A stretch of DNA of 64,000 bases. Origin: Paraspadella gotoi (Eukaryota > Animalia > Chaetognatha). This document shows, piece after piece, positions 14,893 through 27,961 of the stretch (position 1 is its first letter; each line of letters begins with the position of its first letter). The stretch covers positions 3,346,657 through 3,410,656 of the forward strand of contig CM119269.1 in the NCBI GenBank assembly GCA_051294375.1, given 5' to 3'. A model generated the notes under the pieces. It was not told the origin of the DNA and did no database searches. It saw only the letters and a list, made by a program, of their open reading frames with translations. The translations under genes were made by a program, and so were the position numbers.

Positions 14893-15822
14893 CCAGTGAA
14901 TCACACACACAACTCGTTCTTTAGATCTCGTAATGATTGCGTTGTGATTTATAGAAGCAAACGAACGAACGGCCGAGTCGAGAATCCCTAGCGGACGGAC
15001 GACGACGACGACGATAATGACGACGAGAAAGACGACGACGAGGGCGAAGGCGACGAGTCTCACGATACAACAAAACTTCTCGAAAATGTTTTTTTTTTTC
15101 AAAAAAAGGCGGCAAATTTTGAAATCTCGCGTCGCGCGAAAGACTTTTGGTTTTCCTTTTTCGTTTCCTGCTGGTTTCATTATTTTAAAACTATGAAAAA
15201 GTGAAAAAGAGTCATTTCTATCATATTGTCTTAACTCCACATCGCTAAAATATAAATTCTCTACTGTCNNNNNNNNNNNNNNNNNNNNNNNNNGTCTACT
15301 CTCTTTCTCTCTTCCCTCTCTCTCTCTCCTCTCTTCTCTCATCCTTCCTCTCTCTCCTTCTCTCCTTTCTCTCTCTCTCTCTCTCTTCTCTCTCTTCTCC
15401 CTCTCCTCATTCCTCACATAACGCGCGTATCGATCGACAAAGTAGAGATATTATATTTTAGCGATGTGGAGTTAGACAATATGATAGAAATGACTCTTTT
15501 TCACTTTTTCATAGTTTTTAAAAATAACTGAAACAGCAGGAAAACGAAAAAGGAAACCCAAAAGTCCTTGTCGCGCCGGACGCGAGATTTCAAAATTTGG
15601 CTGCCTTTTTTGAAAAAAAAAAAACATTTTCTGAGAAGTTTGTTGTATCCGTGAGACTCCGTCGCCTTCGCCCTCGTCGTCGTCTTCTCGTCGTCATTAT
15701 CGTCGTCCGTCGTCGTCGTCGCCTAGGGATTCTCGACTCGGCCGTTCGTCGTTTGCTTCTATAAATCACAACGCAATCATTACGAGATCTAAAGAACGAG
15801 TTGTGTGTGTGATTCACTGGAG

Positions 15823-15912
<90 letters not shown>

Positions 15913-16134
15913 TTACGTCATTAGTGAGTAGCTTGATCTCACCGACTACAACAGTTGTCCAGGTGGTCAAAAAGGTCAAAGGTCAAATTTTGTAACCAAA
16001 CAAAGAGAGAAAGAGTTTAAAAGGGAATTTCTATTGTTTGGAGTTTGCATAAAGAGAAGGAGAGAGGTGTGTGAGAGAGAGAGAAGCAAGAGAAGAGAGA
16101 GAGAGGAGAGAGAGAGAGAGAGGAGAGAGAGCCT
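14588..16134. repeat. Inverted duplication (arms ~14588-15268 and ~15436-16134) around a 25-N gap
   Basis: The right arm is the reverse complement of the left (e.g. CTCGTTCTTTAGATCTCGTAATGATTGCG vs CGCAATCATTACGAGATCTAAAGAACGAG), with indel-type differences. Confidence 0.95.
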
Positions 16135-17685
16135 TTTTTTATTTTTATTTTTGAACGCGAAATGCATTTACTTTTGACTCATTGAACTGATCGTAGTCGT
16201 CGTCATCATCGTTTTCATCGCCATCGTCTTCGTAGTCAGAGTAATCGTCGTCATCGTCGTCGTCATCTTCGTCGTCATCTTCGTCTCTCTCGTCTCGATT
16301 ATATCAGAAAAAATCTTCATCTAAGTTTTTTTTTTTTGCCACAAAAACAAAGGTTGCCCTGTTTTTTGTTTGTTTTTTTTTGTATTATTCTCTCTTATTT
16401 TTTTAAAATTCATAAATGAATATTTTAAAACTGATTAATTTACTCGTTCCTTCTGTTGCAAAAAATATAAATAAAAGATGATTTTCGAGACTAACAGTTT
16501 CGGCGCAACCCTAAAGGACAGTAGAATCCTGCCATCTATTTTTCTCTCTGTCTCTCTCGCTCTATTTCTGTATTCTATCTCGCTCGCACCCCAATCCACA
16601 AGACACACTCTTTGGATCCTGAGACGTTAAAATCAAAGCTTCGATTCTCACAACGCGGTCTCACCATCGCCAAAGTTTTTCGTTGATTCACATCTAAAAA
16701 ATAAAGAAATTAATTTTCTTTTTCAGTTTATACGATTACACTCTTGGATTACTTGATCGATTTTCTCCCAACACGAACGTGATATCAATAAGTAGTAATG
16801 AAATGAAATGAACAGTCTCTCGCGAAAAAAAGACTAGTACTAAATAACAACGAAAATGTCTATTTCAACCGCCTGAGATATAAGCGTTTCCCGCAATACA
16901 TTCGACCTCCACGCTCGGATTATACACGAAATCTCTCGAACAAAATAAAAAAGAAAGGTTTCCCGGGATTTTTTTTCTCTGAGGTGAGTCACTGAGTCAC
17001 TTTGATAACTTATTCGGAAAAATCGGGTCTGCAGGTGAAAAAAGGGAAGATGCGGTTATTACGATTCTTCTGTCTCTTCCTTTTGCTTGTTTTTAAATTC
17101 CTGTTTTTTGTTTTTCTTTGTTCTTTGTTGGAATTGAATAGATTTAAATGCTAATCAGTGGCAAAGCAACATATTTTGAATTGATATTTAAGTTGATAAG
17201 TTTGTTCGTAATATATTAAATAATTAATAAAAAAAAGGGTTGAATTAATAATCTAGACTAAACTAACGGTATCATTGAGTTGTGATAGAAACTGACTTGT
17301 CTCACCAGAATCTTTTGCATTTATCAACTGATACAGTCAGGATAGTTTATCCCAAAAATCGAGCGTTGAAACCTTTTCGTCGTTTCACGATTTGCGTCGA
17401 ATTTTCGCGGGTTCGCGAAAAAAAAAGGAACAAAAATAAACGAATGGGGAAATGAATGTTTACTCACGTATTGGTAGTTATGATGGTATCTTTTGACCGA
17501 CCAAACTAACCGTAATTGTTATCATAAATGTTCACAGGACTTATCACAAAAATCACGATAAGAATACGAATGATATTGTCAAGCGGAAAAGTCAGACTCG
17601 GTTTTAGTTGACGTTTTTTATAAACAAAGATTTTCCGTTAAATGAAAGAGAACGACTCTAACGGCTTTTCTAATGAAACACAATT

Positions 17686-17719
<34 letters not shown>

Positions 17720-19204
17720 TCCCTCTCTCTCTCTTCTCTCTCTCTCTTTCTGCACCCTGTTCTCTGGCACATCTAATTTACTAGATTTGGCCTGGATTTT
17801 TTGTTGTTTTTATCGCGACTTCCTCCGAACCCCGATCGATCTTCGGCTCCACTCGAGGTCTGGTCCCCCCTTCCTTTTTTTTAAAAAAAAGGAAAATGTT
17901 TTGTTTTGGAAAAAAATATTATTTATCGAATCAAAGGTTCTGTTGTTGCGAGAAAGTATTTAGACTTCTCCGGTTTCCTTCGCGATGAAGACTCCAACTT
18001 TATTTTAAGACTCCAACTCTTGAGCTCTGAAATTTCATTCCCGCTCATTCTTAAGGGTCCATTGTATATCCAGCTCTTGTGGTATTTTTTATTTTAAACG
18101 GTAGTAAATTGGGTTTTTTTTCTTAGGGATATAGAAGTTTATAAATAAGTAATCTAATGCGAGATTCAGGTTTTATTATGTGAAATGACTTTCGATGTCC
18201 ATGATTGGGCATTGTCCATTGTCCAATGAGGTCTCGCTTCACCTTGTCCAATGTCCAATGACTGACTGAGCTCTCAATTCGACTCAAATCGATCGGTTTT
18301 AAAAAATTTCCGTTTCCGCTTCGTTTATGAAATAAATTACACATTGTCTCAAACTTCCCGTTCCCTCCATCCATTTAGCTACATAATTAATACCTTTATA
18401 CTTTTAACAATTCTTTCTCTTCGATTAATCAAAAAGATTTTTTTGAGTTGTGACGTGAATCGGCGGCGTCGTCGTTATTTTTCTCTCCTTCGTCCCTCAT
18501 CGCCAACTGGGTGGGTGAAAAAAAAAAGAAGAAAAATTAGCGGGTGGGGAGAAAATTCGATTGAGAAGAAAAAAACGGAAAGAAAAGATAAACAATCCGA
18601 TAGTTGAGTTTTAAAATAAAAAAAAAGAGGAATTGTTAGTTCAAAAGTTCGTTGACGACGACGATGACGACGACGATGATGACGACGACGACAACGACGA
18701 CGACGACGATTTAAAGTCTCCGGGTGGTCATTCGTTTATATAAATTGTTGAAATTAGGTTGGTGTTAAACGGTTTATATATTTTTTTAAATTTTTTTAAT
18801 CTTAACATTGTTGATGATTATAAAATATATATTTTCATGCGTAAAATATCAAAAACGTTCAAATAACACGTATTCGTATTTAAATGATCTGATTGGCTTA
18901 AAATCCGATCCACAATCCTTCAAACTGTGAATCGTGATATCTTCGAAGTCAAAGCTTCCTATTTCACTATTATTTACTACTCCTCTGTTCTTCACGACTG
19001 GTAGCGAGTCTGATTCTCCGTGAAAATCAGTTCGTCTCACACTCGGAAATTCACAAAACCACGAAACAACGAAACAACGAAACCACAAAATCGTCGAATC
19101 CACAAAACTAAAACCGCAAAACCGAATCGAACTTAATTCGCGTCTTAATCTGAGTTGACGTCGCCGGTGACCGAGTCACGAGTCGAGAGTCATTCCTCAC
19201 TCCG

Positions 19205-19255
19205 ATCATCGTCATCATCATGATCATTATCATCATCTTCATCGTCATCGTCATG

Positions 19256-19290
<35 letters not shown>

Positions 19291-19365
19291 TATAATCATT
19301 ATCATCATCATCATCATCTTAATTATCATCATCATCGTCATGATCATCATCTTCAGTATCATCTT
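19205..19365. repeat. (ATC)n imperfect trinucleotide microsatellite
   Basis: Directly visible; it produces the spurious poly-Met/poly-Ile ORFs. Confidence 0.95.
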
Positions 19366-19475
19366 CCACTTCTTGCTTGACATCTTGAAAACCTTTTTTT
19401 CATTTAAATCAAACAGAGATAGAGAGAGAGAGACGAGATTGATATAAAACTTAAAAATTAAAGATCTCTTTCATC

Positions 19476-19550
<75 letters not shown>

Positions 19551-19829
19551 CTCTGCTCTGCCGTCCCCGACCCATGGAATCCTATTGCCCGTCCCTCTTT
19601 TCCTCTCGTTCCTCCCATTCATCATCGACGCGAATCTATTTTTGGATTCGTAATTGGAAATTCTCCGACCCTAACGTCCTCTTCCTCTTCCTCATCTTCC
19701 TCCTCCTCTTCTCCTCCTCGTCCCGCATTCTCTGTTGCGCTCATCCCTGCCTCTGTTCTCATTTATTCCCTAGCCCCACGGGGACACGTGACTTTTCCTG
19801 ATTCTCTCCTCTCTCTCTCTTCCTCTCTC

Positions 19830-19886
<57 letters not shown>

Positions 19887-21184
19887 CTCTCCCCCACCTC
19901 CCCACATCCTACTCTACTAATCCGCCTCGAATTTCTTCTCCTCAATGACTACGATGCGTCTCCCCTCCTTGTCGAGAGATCTCCTGCCCCAGATCAGTGC
20001 GACCCCCCCCCTTTCCGTCCTGTTGCAGCTCATATAGCATTCCTAAGATATTCCCTTAATTTTTTGTTATTCTAACAATCCGTATTCTGTGAATCTGAGA
20101 TAACTCGACGTACTGTGAAACTGAGAATACTTTTAAAAAAAATGTTACAATGACGTTATTCAAGCCAATTGAATCATTTTTTTATTCAACATCTTTGTTT
20201 AGATGAATAACTTATCATTTTTACTCACTTCCGTTTATTTTCCTCGGGGTCATCGTCACTTCCTCAGCCTCGTCTTTTGTTTTCACTCAACGTTATCTCT
20301 GAGTCATTTTAAAGATTAAAACTGGATGCTTTCACGGGCCGCACCTTCACGGAAGTCTCACAGGAAAAACCTGGTCACAAAGGATTTCGAAGGAAATCCG
20401 GTGTAAGATTCGATCGAACGAGGGAGGGGAAATTCTCTGTGATAAATTGAGCGAAATTTCGATTGTAGGTTGTAGGACGCCACCTGGGAATCACTGGCGG
20501 GCTCAAATGGCGCAAATTGAGTTCGTAGTTTTACTGGTAAAAGTTTCATTTAACTTCACACAAAGGCACGTAAATCATCGTAAAATCTACCTTAGCCCTT
20601 AGCGAGAGAGAAGGGGGAGGAGAGAGAGAGAGAGAGACAGAGAGCATGAGAGTAGAGAGCAGAGAGAGAGTAGAGAGCAGACGAGTAATTGAGAGAGAGG
20701 AGACTGAGACGATAGAGAGAGAGAGAGAGAGAGAGAGTAGTGAATGACTCCATCACCGTCACTTCTTGTGATTCTTTGAGTCACGGATTTCCTCGTTTCC
20801 TCTCGCCCGTGGGTCGGGAAGCCGCAGGGAGGGAAGGGAGGAAAGAGGAGGAAGAGGAGGAAAGAAAAGACGAGTCGAAGAAGAGGAGTAGGAGGAGTAG
20901 GGGAGGAGAGGAGAAGAGCGGAGGAAAGATAAGAGTTGGGAATGAATCGGGAGGAAGATTAGGAGAGAAAGACGAAAGGACGACGAAACGTGAATTGATG
21001 AAGGAAGAAGGGGAAAAAAAGGAAAGAAATTAAAAAAGGGAGATAAAAAGGAAAGATATAAAAAATGAGGGAGATAAAAAGGAAATAATTAATGTGTAAT
21101 GGTTATGACTCAAGTTAGAATAAAGAACTAAAAATAGAACCAAAGAAATAGAAAGAATAGAAAAAAGAAAGAAAGAAACTGGAC

Positions 21185-21374
21185 GAACTGACCCTCACTT
21201 TTTGAACTGATCCTCACTTTTAGAACTGACCCTCGCTTTTAGAACTGAACCTCACTTTTAGAACTGACCCACGCTTTAAGAACTGACCCTCGTTTTTTTA
21301 ACTGACCCTCACTTTTAGAACTGACCCTCGTTTTAGGAATAGACCCTCACTTTTAGAACTGACCCTCGCTTTTA
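21185..21374 (+). repeat. Minisatellite, 10 x 19 bp (GAACTGACCCTCRCTTTTA)
   Basis: Unit starts at 21185, 21204, 21223 ... 21356 with constant 19-bp period and point variants. Confidence 0.95.
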
Positions 21375-21861
21375 GTCATCATCAGCGATATCGATTTTTT
21401 CGGACGGTTTTTTTTTTGTTCGTTAATTAAGCAAATTGCATTTGTTGTTGTTTTCGACTCGGGAATGATCGTAATCGTATATTTTTTGTTGCAATTATGT
21501 AATAAGAAGATTGGACTGTCGTTGTAACAAATTTGTTTAAAGAGAACTTTGACTTAGTCGGGACTAGGGATTATAACTGTTTTTCGCTGTAGTTTCAGTA
21601 AAGTCAAAAAGTATCCATTTTCTAAAAAAACACGACAAGACAAGAGATAAACATTCAACAAAGCAATACAATTCCTCTTTCTTACAGAAGCCTTTGAGCA
21701 AAAAATTGTTTCAACCTTGCGTCCGAATTTTTGAAAATCAAGTCAAGATTCCCAGCTGCTGTCCTCTCGAGCCCCAAACAAGAAACTATTTCAAGTCAGC
21801 CGCTTGTGTCAAGTTCGGTTTAAGTATCAGGCGAGCGTGACAGCGTCGGGAGCGATAGGGG

Positions 21862-22063
21862 GCGTGGCGAAGAGGGAGCGTGGCGAAGAGGGAGCGTGGC
21901 GAAGAGGGAGCGTGGCGAAGAGGGAGCGTGGCGAAGAGGGAGCGTGGCGAAGAGGGAGCGTGGCGAAGAGGGAGCGTGGCGAAGAGGGAGCGTGGCGAAG
22001 AGGGAGCGTGGCGAAGAGGGAGCGTGGCGAAGAGGGAGCGTGGCGAAGAGGGAGCGTGGCGAA
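21862..22063 (+). repeat. Perfect G-rich minisatellite, 12.6 x 16 bp (GCGTGGCGAAGAGGGA)
   Basis: Twelve identical units plus 10 nt, with no spacers. Confidence 0.97.
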
Positions 22064-22644
22064 TCGGAAGCTCCACGTGTGCGTCACTCAACTGGAAAAA
22101 GTAGGTGGCGACCGACTCCGCAAAATGCCACAAGCCTCGACGAACGCGGAGAAGAGGGGCGGAATCAGGGCACTCTCTCTGTCTCCCTCCGTCTATCTCT
22201 CTCCCTCTCTATATCTCTCTCCCTCTCTTCCCACGTAGTGACAGTTTTGGGAGAATTTTGGGTGACATTGCCAGACATTCGCAACAAGAAAGACATAAAA
22301 GCCAAAAAGCCAAGAAAGAAAGATAAAAAGCAACAAAGTTTCAGCTGAAAAATGGAAATACGAAATTCTCTTATTGGTGCAAAACCTCAAATTTTTCGTT
22401 GTCTTTCACATTTTCCTGTTGAATTCAAGTGAAACAAAGAGAGAGAGAGAGAGAGAGAGAGAATGAGACTGATGGCACGCGACTGCGGCTTGGCGCATGG
22501 GGAGAGGGAGAACGAGTCTGCGGTCGTCGTCGTCGTCGTCGTGACTCAAAACTACGATATTCGAGTGAATGTCAATGTTAGTCGCGAGTCAAGGATGCGT
22601 GAAAAACCCGCGGGTGAAGGGGGAGAGGGACAAGATCTCCCCGA

Positions 22645-22863
22645 GTGACGTCGTAAGGTACTTTGACCAATCGGCGTTAGTTACAGAACGAGGTCCTTCC
22701 AATCAGCGCCCGATACTTTTGCCCGACCGTGAGGGAGATGGTCCTCCAATGAGGAAGATCACAGGAATAACAAGGGTCTAACCAATCCCGTAAAGACTAG
22801 CCATCTCTCCGCCAATCAGAAAGCGATCATTGAGAATCCTCCTCTTTTCCCACTCGACCAATC
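22645..22863 (+). promoter_or_regulatory. Cluster of six co-oriented CCAAT boxes plus a CRE-like GTGACGTC
   Basis: CCAAT at 22667, 22699, 22746, 22782, 22812 and 22858 within about 200 bp of CpG-rich sequence; GTGACGTC at 22645. Confidence 0.55.
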
Positions 22864-23322
22864 GCGACGTCGAGCCGTCGGATTTGATGGACGTTTTCGA
22901 TCGTCATTACCTCTTGCTCTTTTCACGACGTTGCGAGAATCAGCGTTGGTGACTCGGAATCACGATGACTCACGGTGGAGTGAGATTCCGATGGACGACG
23001 ACGACGACGACGACGACGGCGGCGTGATGGAAATTGATGGCAGGAAATAAACGCGTTTGAGCGAAAGGAAAACCTCTTCTTGGTTCGAGCTCGAGATGTT
23101 GAGAAAAAAGGACAATTCCGTTTAGATCAGGAAAATTAAATTAAAAGAAAAGCAGAAGATCGAAAGGTTGGATCTGACTTTTTTTTATTTCTCTCTCATT
23201 GCTTTTGTTTTTCTTTCTGTTTTGCTTTCTTTGTTTTCGTTTCGTTTCGTTGATATCGTAAATACGATATATGTGAGAGAGTCTTGATGAAAAGCTTACA
23301 GGGACCTGCTATGTCATTATCT

Positions 23323-23428
23323 TGTACGAGTGATGGAGGCCTTAAACCACCAAAGCCTGTCCAAAGTCAGGGGCAAGATAGCTTATTTATTAACTGAATG
23401 AATAATTTTTATATTGGTTGTACAAATT
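23323..23428 (+). repeat. Dispersed ~106-bp repeat (inverted copy at 59030-59135)
   Basis: GAGTGATGGAGGCCTTAAACCACCAAAGCCTGTCCAAAGTCAGGGGCAAGATAGCTTATTTATT... recurs as its reverse complement about 35.6 kb away with few mismatches. Confidence 0.9.
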
Positions 23429-24482
23429 TCATGCAAATATTTTTAATAATGTTTTCTTGCTTCCCTTTACCGCCTTTTAAAGGCTCTTTTCAAATTTTTA
23501 AAACGTTAACTTCTTTACAAACTTATTTGTTCTAGATTAAAAAAAAAAATTTGCATTTTTTATTTTGTTACCATTTTGTCTCGAGATTTTCCGATTGCTT
23601 GACATTTCCTTGCAACTTCTCGAAACGGAGAAGAAAATAGCAGAAGCAGTCCAATTTTTTTTCTTTAAAAAAGCAAATTTTTTTTTCCACTCACCAACTT
23701 CTTTTCAAACTGCAACAATTTATTCTTTATTTAAAGACGTTTTTATTCACGCTGTCGTCACTCACAACATTTCAAATCCTGCTTTGATGTTTTCACTGGA
23801 GCGCTGATTTATTTCGACGAGTCCGAGTGTTAATCCTCGTTTGGAAAAAACAAACGGTAACTCGATTACAAGACTAATTGACGTTTCTTTCGCTTTTTCT
23901 CACTTCCCGTTTTTTCTTTTATTCGTAGGAGAACTTATCTTTCATTATTTGTTTAAGGGGACNNNNNNNNNNGGGTCCCCTTAAGTAACTAAAAGAATTC
24001 AAATTTGTATAGTTTTTTTTTGTTTTGTTTCAACATTAAATTTATTATTTTTCAATTTAAAATAAGGTACGACGCATTCTTCGGAATCATTTATTTTTCC
24101 ATTAAAACAAGCTTCTAATCATCAGTTTAAAAACAAACAATTCGATTAGAAAAAAAAATGCTATTAAACTTTAAAGCCGGGTTTCTACGCGTTCGTATCT
24201 TTCTGTTTACAATTTTTCATTGTTCTTTACAATTTCCCATTATTTCCCTTCCCTTTGTTTCTCTCGTCTTCTTCCCGACTTTTCCCTCTTACAACTCATT
24301 AATATTGAATCAAGAATAATGGGCTTTGGTTCCTCCGCTTTAACGATTTTTCCTTTTTTCCTCCTTCGAAGTTTTGTTGTTTTTTGTTTGCTCTTTTGTT
24401 TTTATTACACAAAACGTTTTGCCAATAGAGAGCGCTGAACTGAGCGCTGAGCACTCAAATTAACGTTAAGATGACAAGTAAC

Positions 24483-24509
24483 ACCCGGCTTCGATCCCCG
24501 GCCAGGAGA
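24483..24509 (+). other. tRNA T-arm/B-box-like remnant (possible degenerate tRNA-derived SINE head)
   Basis: ACCCGGCTTCGATCCCCGGCCAGGAGA resembles the 3' end of eukaryotic tRNA-Glu/Gly genes (CCGGGTTCGATTCCCGG). No A-box or cloverleaf is visible upstream. Confidence 0.25.
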
Positions 24510-25228
24510 GAGATATTGAGAGAGACTGAAGAAAGAAAGAAAGAAAATAAAAAGAGAGAGAGAGACTGAGAGAGAGAGAGACTGACGTGGACGTTTGGTG
24601 TGGAATGGTAAGTATGTAAATGGGAGGAGAAAGCTGATGGTTATGTTCAGTCGAGGGTAAGAATAGAAAACAATAAACAAAACAAAAACAAAAGACGTCG
24701 TTGAAAAGAGAAAACCGAAAATAAAGTTGAGCGAGCGACAAAAGGAGAAGGCGTTGAAAAAAAAAAATCTGAGTCGATGAAATCAGATTAAATTCGTTTC
24801 CGCTTCGATTAAATTTTATCTTTTATGGACAACGACGTTTTACGACTCGTGTTGCTCTTTTTGTTTTTATTTTTTATTATATTTTGTTTTTGTCTTTCAG
24901 TTTATGAATTTATTGTATGTTTTTAACCGAAACGATCCACTTTATCTTAACTTACATCTTTAATGCCGCAGACGTTCTCTAACATCCCGTCGTCGCCGAT
25001 CGCGGATAAAAAGATAACAAATAAAAAAACATTACGTCAAAAGCGCTTCTGTCGAGAACCCATTTTTTTAAACTTTCTTTTTTTATTTTTCTTTGTCTTC
25101 CTCTATCTTGAAATTGAAGATATGACAAAATAAAGGAAAGATAAAATTTTTTTCCCTTTTTTTTATGCTTTTGGATTCGACGCGAGGAAACTGAAGAGAC
25201 AAAGATACTCTGTCTCTCTATCTCTTTT

Positions 25229-25296
<68 letters not shown>

Positions 25297-27925
25297 ACTA
25301 AAAAACTCAAACGGAAGAGAAAACCGCGAACGTCCGACCTTGATCCACAACAATCATTGGTTCTGCGGCATCGGCCGAATGGAACCGGGAACTATTGTAT
25401 GTGGGGCATCGAACGAAGGTGATCCGGTATCCGATACGCAAACAAACTCCCGCATTTGAAAAGGCAGCGACACGCCTCTCTCTCTTTCTCTTTCTCTCTG
25501 TCTCTCTCTATTCGGATTTTAAACGAGAGTTCTAAAGCATGGTTTGAGAACATAGAGCGGAGAAAGAACCTCCAGGGAGCAAAGACCCCGTGACGATGGA
25601 TCAACTAGGAGGCCTCGAACCAAGCTTCGATGTTGCTTGCTTCGATGATTTTATTTTTTAATTTAGTTTTTTCTTACAAACTTGTTATCTTTCTATTAAA
25701 TTGAAAAAAAAAAAAAACTTTTGCTAATTAGATGTAATTATTAGGCTAATATTGGCGTCATGAGGGTTTCGTTTTCTTTTTGTCCTTTTGTTTTCATTTT
25801 TCCGTTAAACTCTGTTCTGTCGTCTAAGGCTTCCTCTTATTTCTCGATCCCAAGACAATTCTGCCGTCGCTGGATCGAGAAAGATCAGCATTAAAATTCA
25901 TACAGAAAAAAAAGAGAGATCTTGATCAAATACAGACAAACGAATAAATCCTTTTTTTTCTCCAGTGGCCCCGATGCGTCATGAAATTTTGTTTAAAAAC
26001 AAAAATTGAGTATTCTATTTCAATTTTAATCAGTTTTCACGCCAGTTTCTGCGATAAAATAGTCCTGAAAGTGTAAATTATTTTTAAAACATATCACAGG
26101 CTAACGATACTGGTGAACAATGATTCAGATCGGTCGCTATTTCCCCTTTTTTTCTTCAGGGGTGGTTCGTTTTGATGTTCGCCCGTCGTCACCTTTAATG
26201 TTTTTTGGCCATTTTGTAATTTTTTCACTGTCGCTTGTTTTTTTGTTTTTTTTTGGTTGTTTTTTTTTATTAAATTAAATTTCGTTCGTCGACCGTCATA
26301 TTTTTTCAATCCATCGCCTCGTTATATCGATAAAATTATCTACGTTCGATTATTATTTAATCTAATTTGGCGACTGGAGTTTGATTAAAAATACTATCAG
26401 GTTCCTTATTTTTTTCTTTTTCGCTCTCAGTCTGGATGAATATTATCTGTTTTATTTTCTCATTTTTTTTTTTAGATTAAAAAAATTCATGAAAACAATT
26501 TGATCCCCAAACCTTCTGGTTTTCTTCCTCCCTTTATCTCTTGTCCTGTGAGCCTTTCTTTAAGGTTTGATATTTAATTTCTCTCTCTCTCTCTCTCTCT
26601 CTCGGTCTAAAAAAGTGTTTACATATCGTCTTTCGTTTCATTAAAGTAGAGGGCCTCTCCTCCTTTTTGCCCTCGAGGATATTAAAGGGGTAAGAGATGT
26701 TTTTTCTTCTTTTTTTTTATTGTCTTTCTGTTTTTATAAAACAAAGGAGCAAATTGTAATTCTTCCCTACATTTATGCGATCCTAAAGAGAGCGATGCCC
26801 GAAAGTTTTCATCGATTTTTCAAATTTTTTAAGATCTTTTTTTTTTCGTTTCGCTGAAGCGAGAAAATCGTTGGAGATATCGAATTTTGGAAATGGACTT
26901 TACCGCTGACATTGATCTGACAAATGGCAGCAATCAACTAGTAGCAAAAACCTAAAACAAAAGGTTGTCATAACCTGGTCGTCACAAACGACCGACCACC
27001 TGGGGTGATAAAACCATTTGTTGAACGTGACGAAAAAAAAGTTTCAATTTTCACCCAAGTCTTTCGGGAGANNNNNNNNNNNNNNNNNNNNNNNNNNNNN
27101 NNNNNNNNNNNNNNNNNNNNNNNNNNNNNNNNNNNNNNNNNNNNNNNNNNNNNNNNNNNNNNNNNNNNNNNNNNNNNNNNNNNNNNNNNNNNNNNNNNNN
27201 NNNNNNNNNNNNNNNNNNNNNNNNNNNNNNNNNNNNNNNNNNNNNNNNNNNNNNNNNNNNNNNNNAAAAAAAATGTTTCGAATTCGTAAGAAAAACAAAA
27301 TACTTGGCAATGTCGCAATAAAGAATAAAAAATTGGATGGAATCACTTTGGGCGTGGCTTTCATTCTTTGTTTAACATGATAGCATCTTGTTAACACAAT
27401 TAACAAAATTTGTCGTAAAATTAGATAACAAAAGCTCTCATATATATTTCTTTCTTAATTTCTCTCTCTCTCTCTCCTCCTCCTCTCTCTCTTCTCTTCT
27501 CTCTCTCTCTCTCTCTCTCTCTCCTCTCCTTCCTCTCTCTTTTTTCTTGACCTTTTTCCTCATTCCCGGGTCAAGGCTCCAAACGCCGATTCCTTTCACG
27601 TGACCCTGTGCCATTGAAAGAAACTCTGCCATCTCTAGGAACTCATAAATTATCCAGTTTGCGTTGCAAAAAATTGTTTTCACTGAAAAAAAAACAAACC
27701 AAAAAACAAAAAAGTAAAAAAAAAATTAAAAAAAAAAAGAGCAAAAAACAACACCCAAAGCTTTTTTTCTACGTTTCCCAACGGAACAACAAAAAACAAA
27801 ACAAAAACAGAATACAACATCGTTCTAAACGAAAAACAATAAAACGTTACTACAATCCAATTTCGTTTTAGAGGTTTTCGTTTTTTTCTTTTTTTTTCTT
27901 ACAATTTTTATCTTTCTTTCATTCT

Positions 27926-27961
<36 letters not shown>

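Noticed and set aside
21185-22063. Regular short repeats as a CRISPR-like array
   Set aside because: Units are head-to-tail with no unique spacers, no cas genes are present, and the context is eukaryotic. They are minisatellites.
21786-22348. Overlapping ORFs of 74-150 aa (AKRERGEEGAWRRGSV repeats)
   Set aside because: By-product of a stop-free 16-bp repeat that is open in all frames.
24483-24509. Intact tRNA gene
   Set aside because: Only a T-arm-like fragment is present; no acceptor stem partner, D-arm or anticodon arm.
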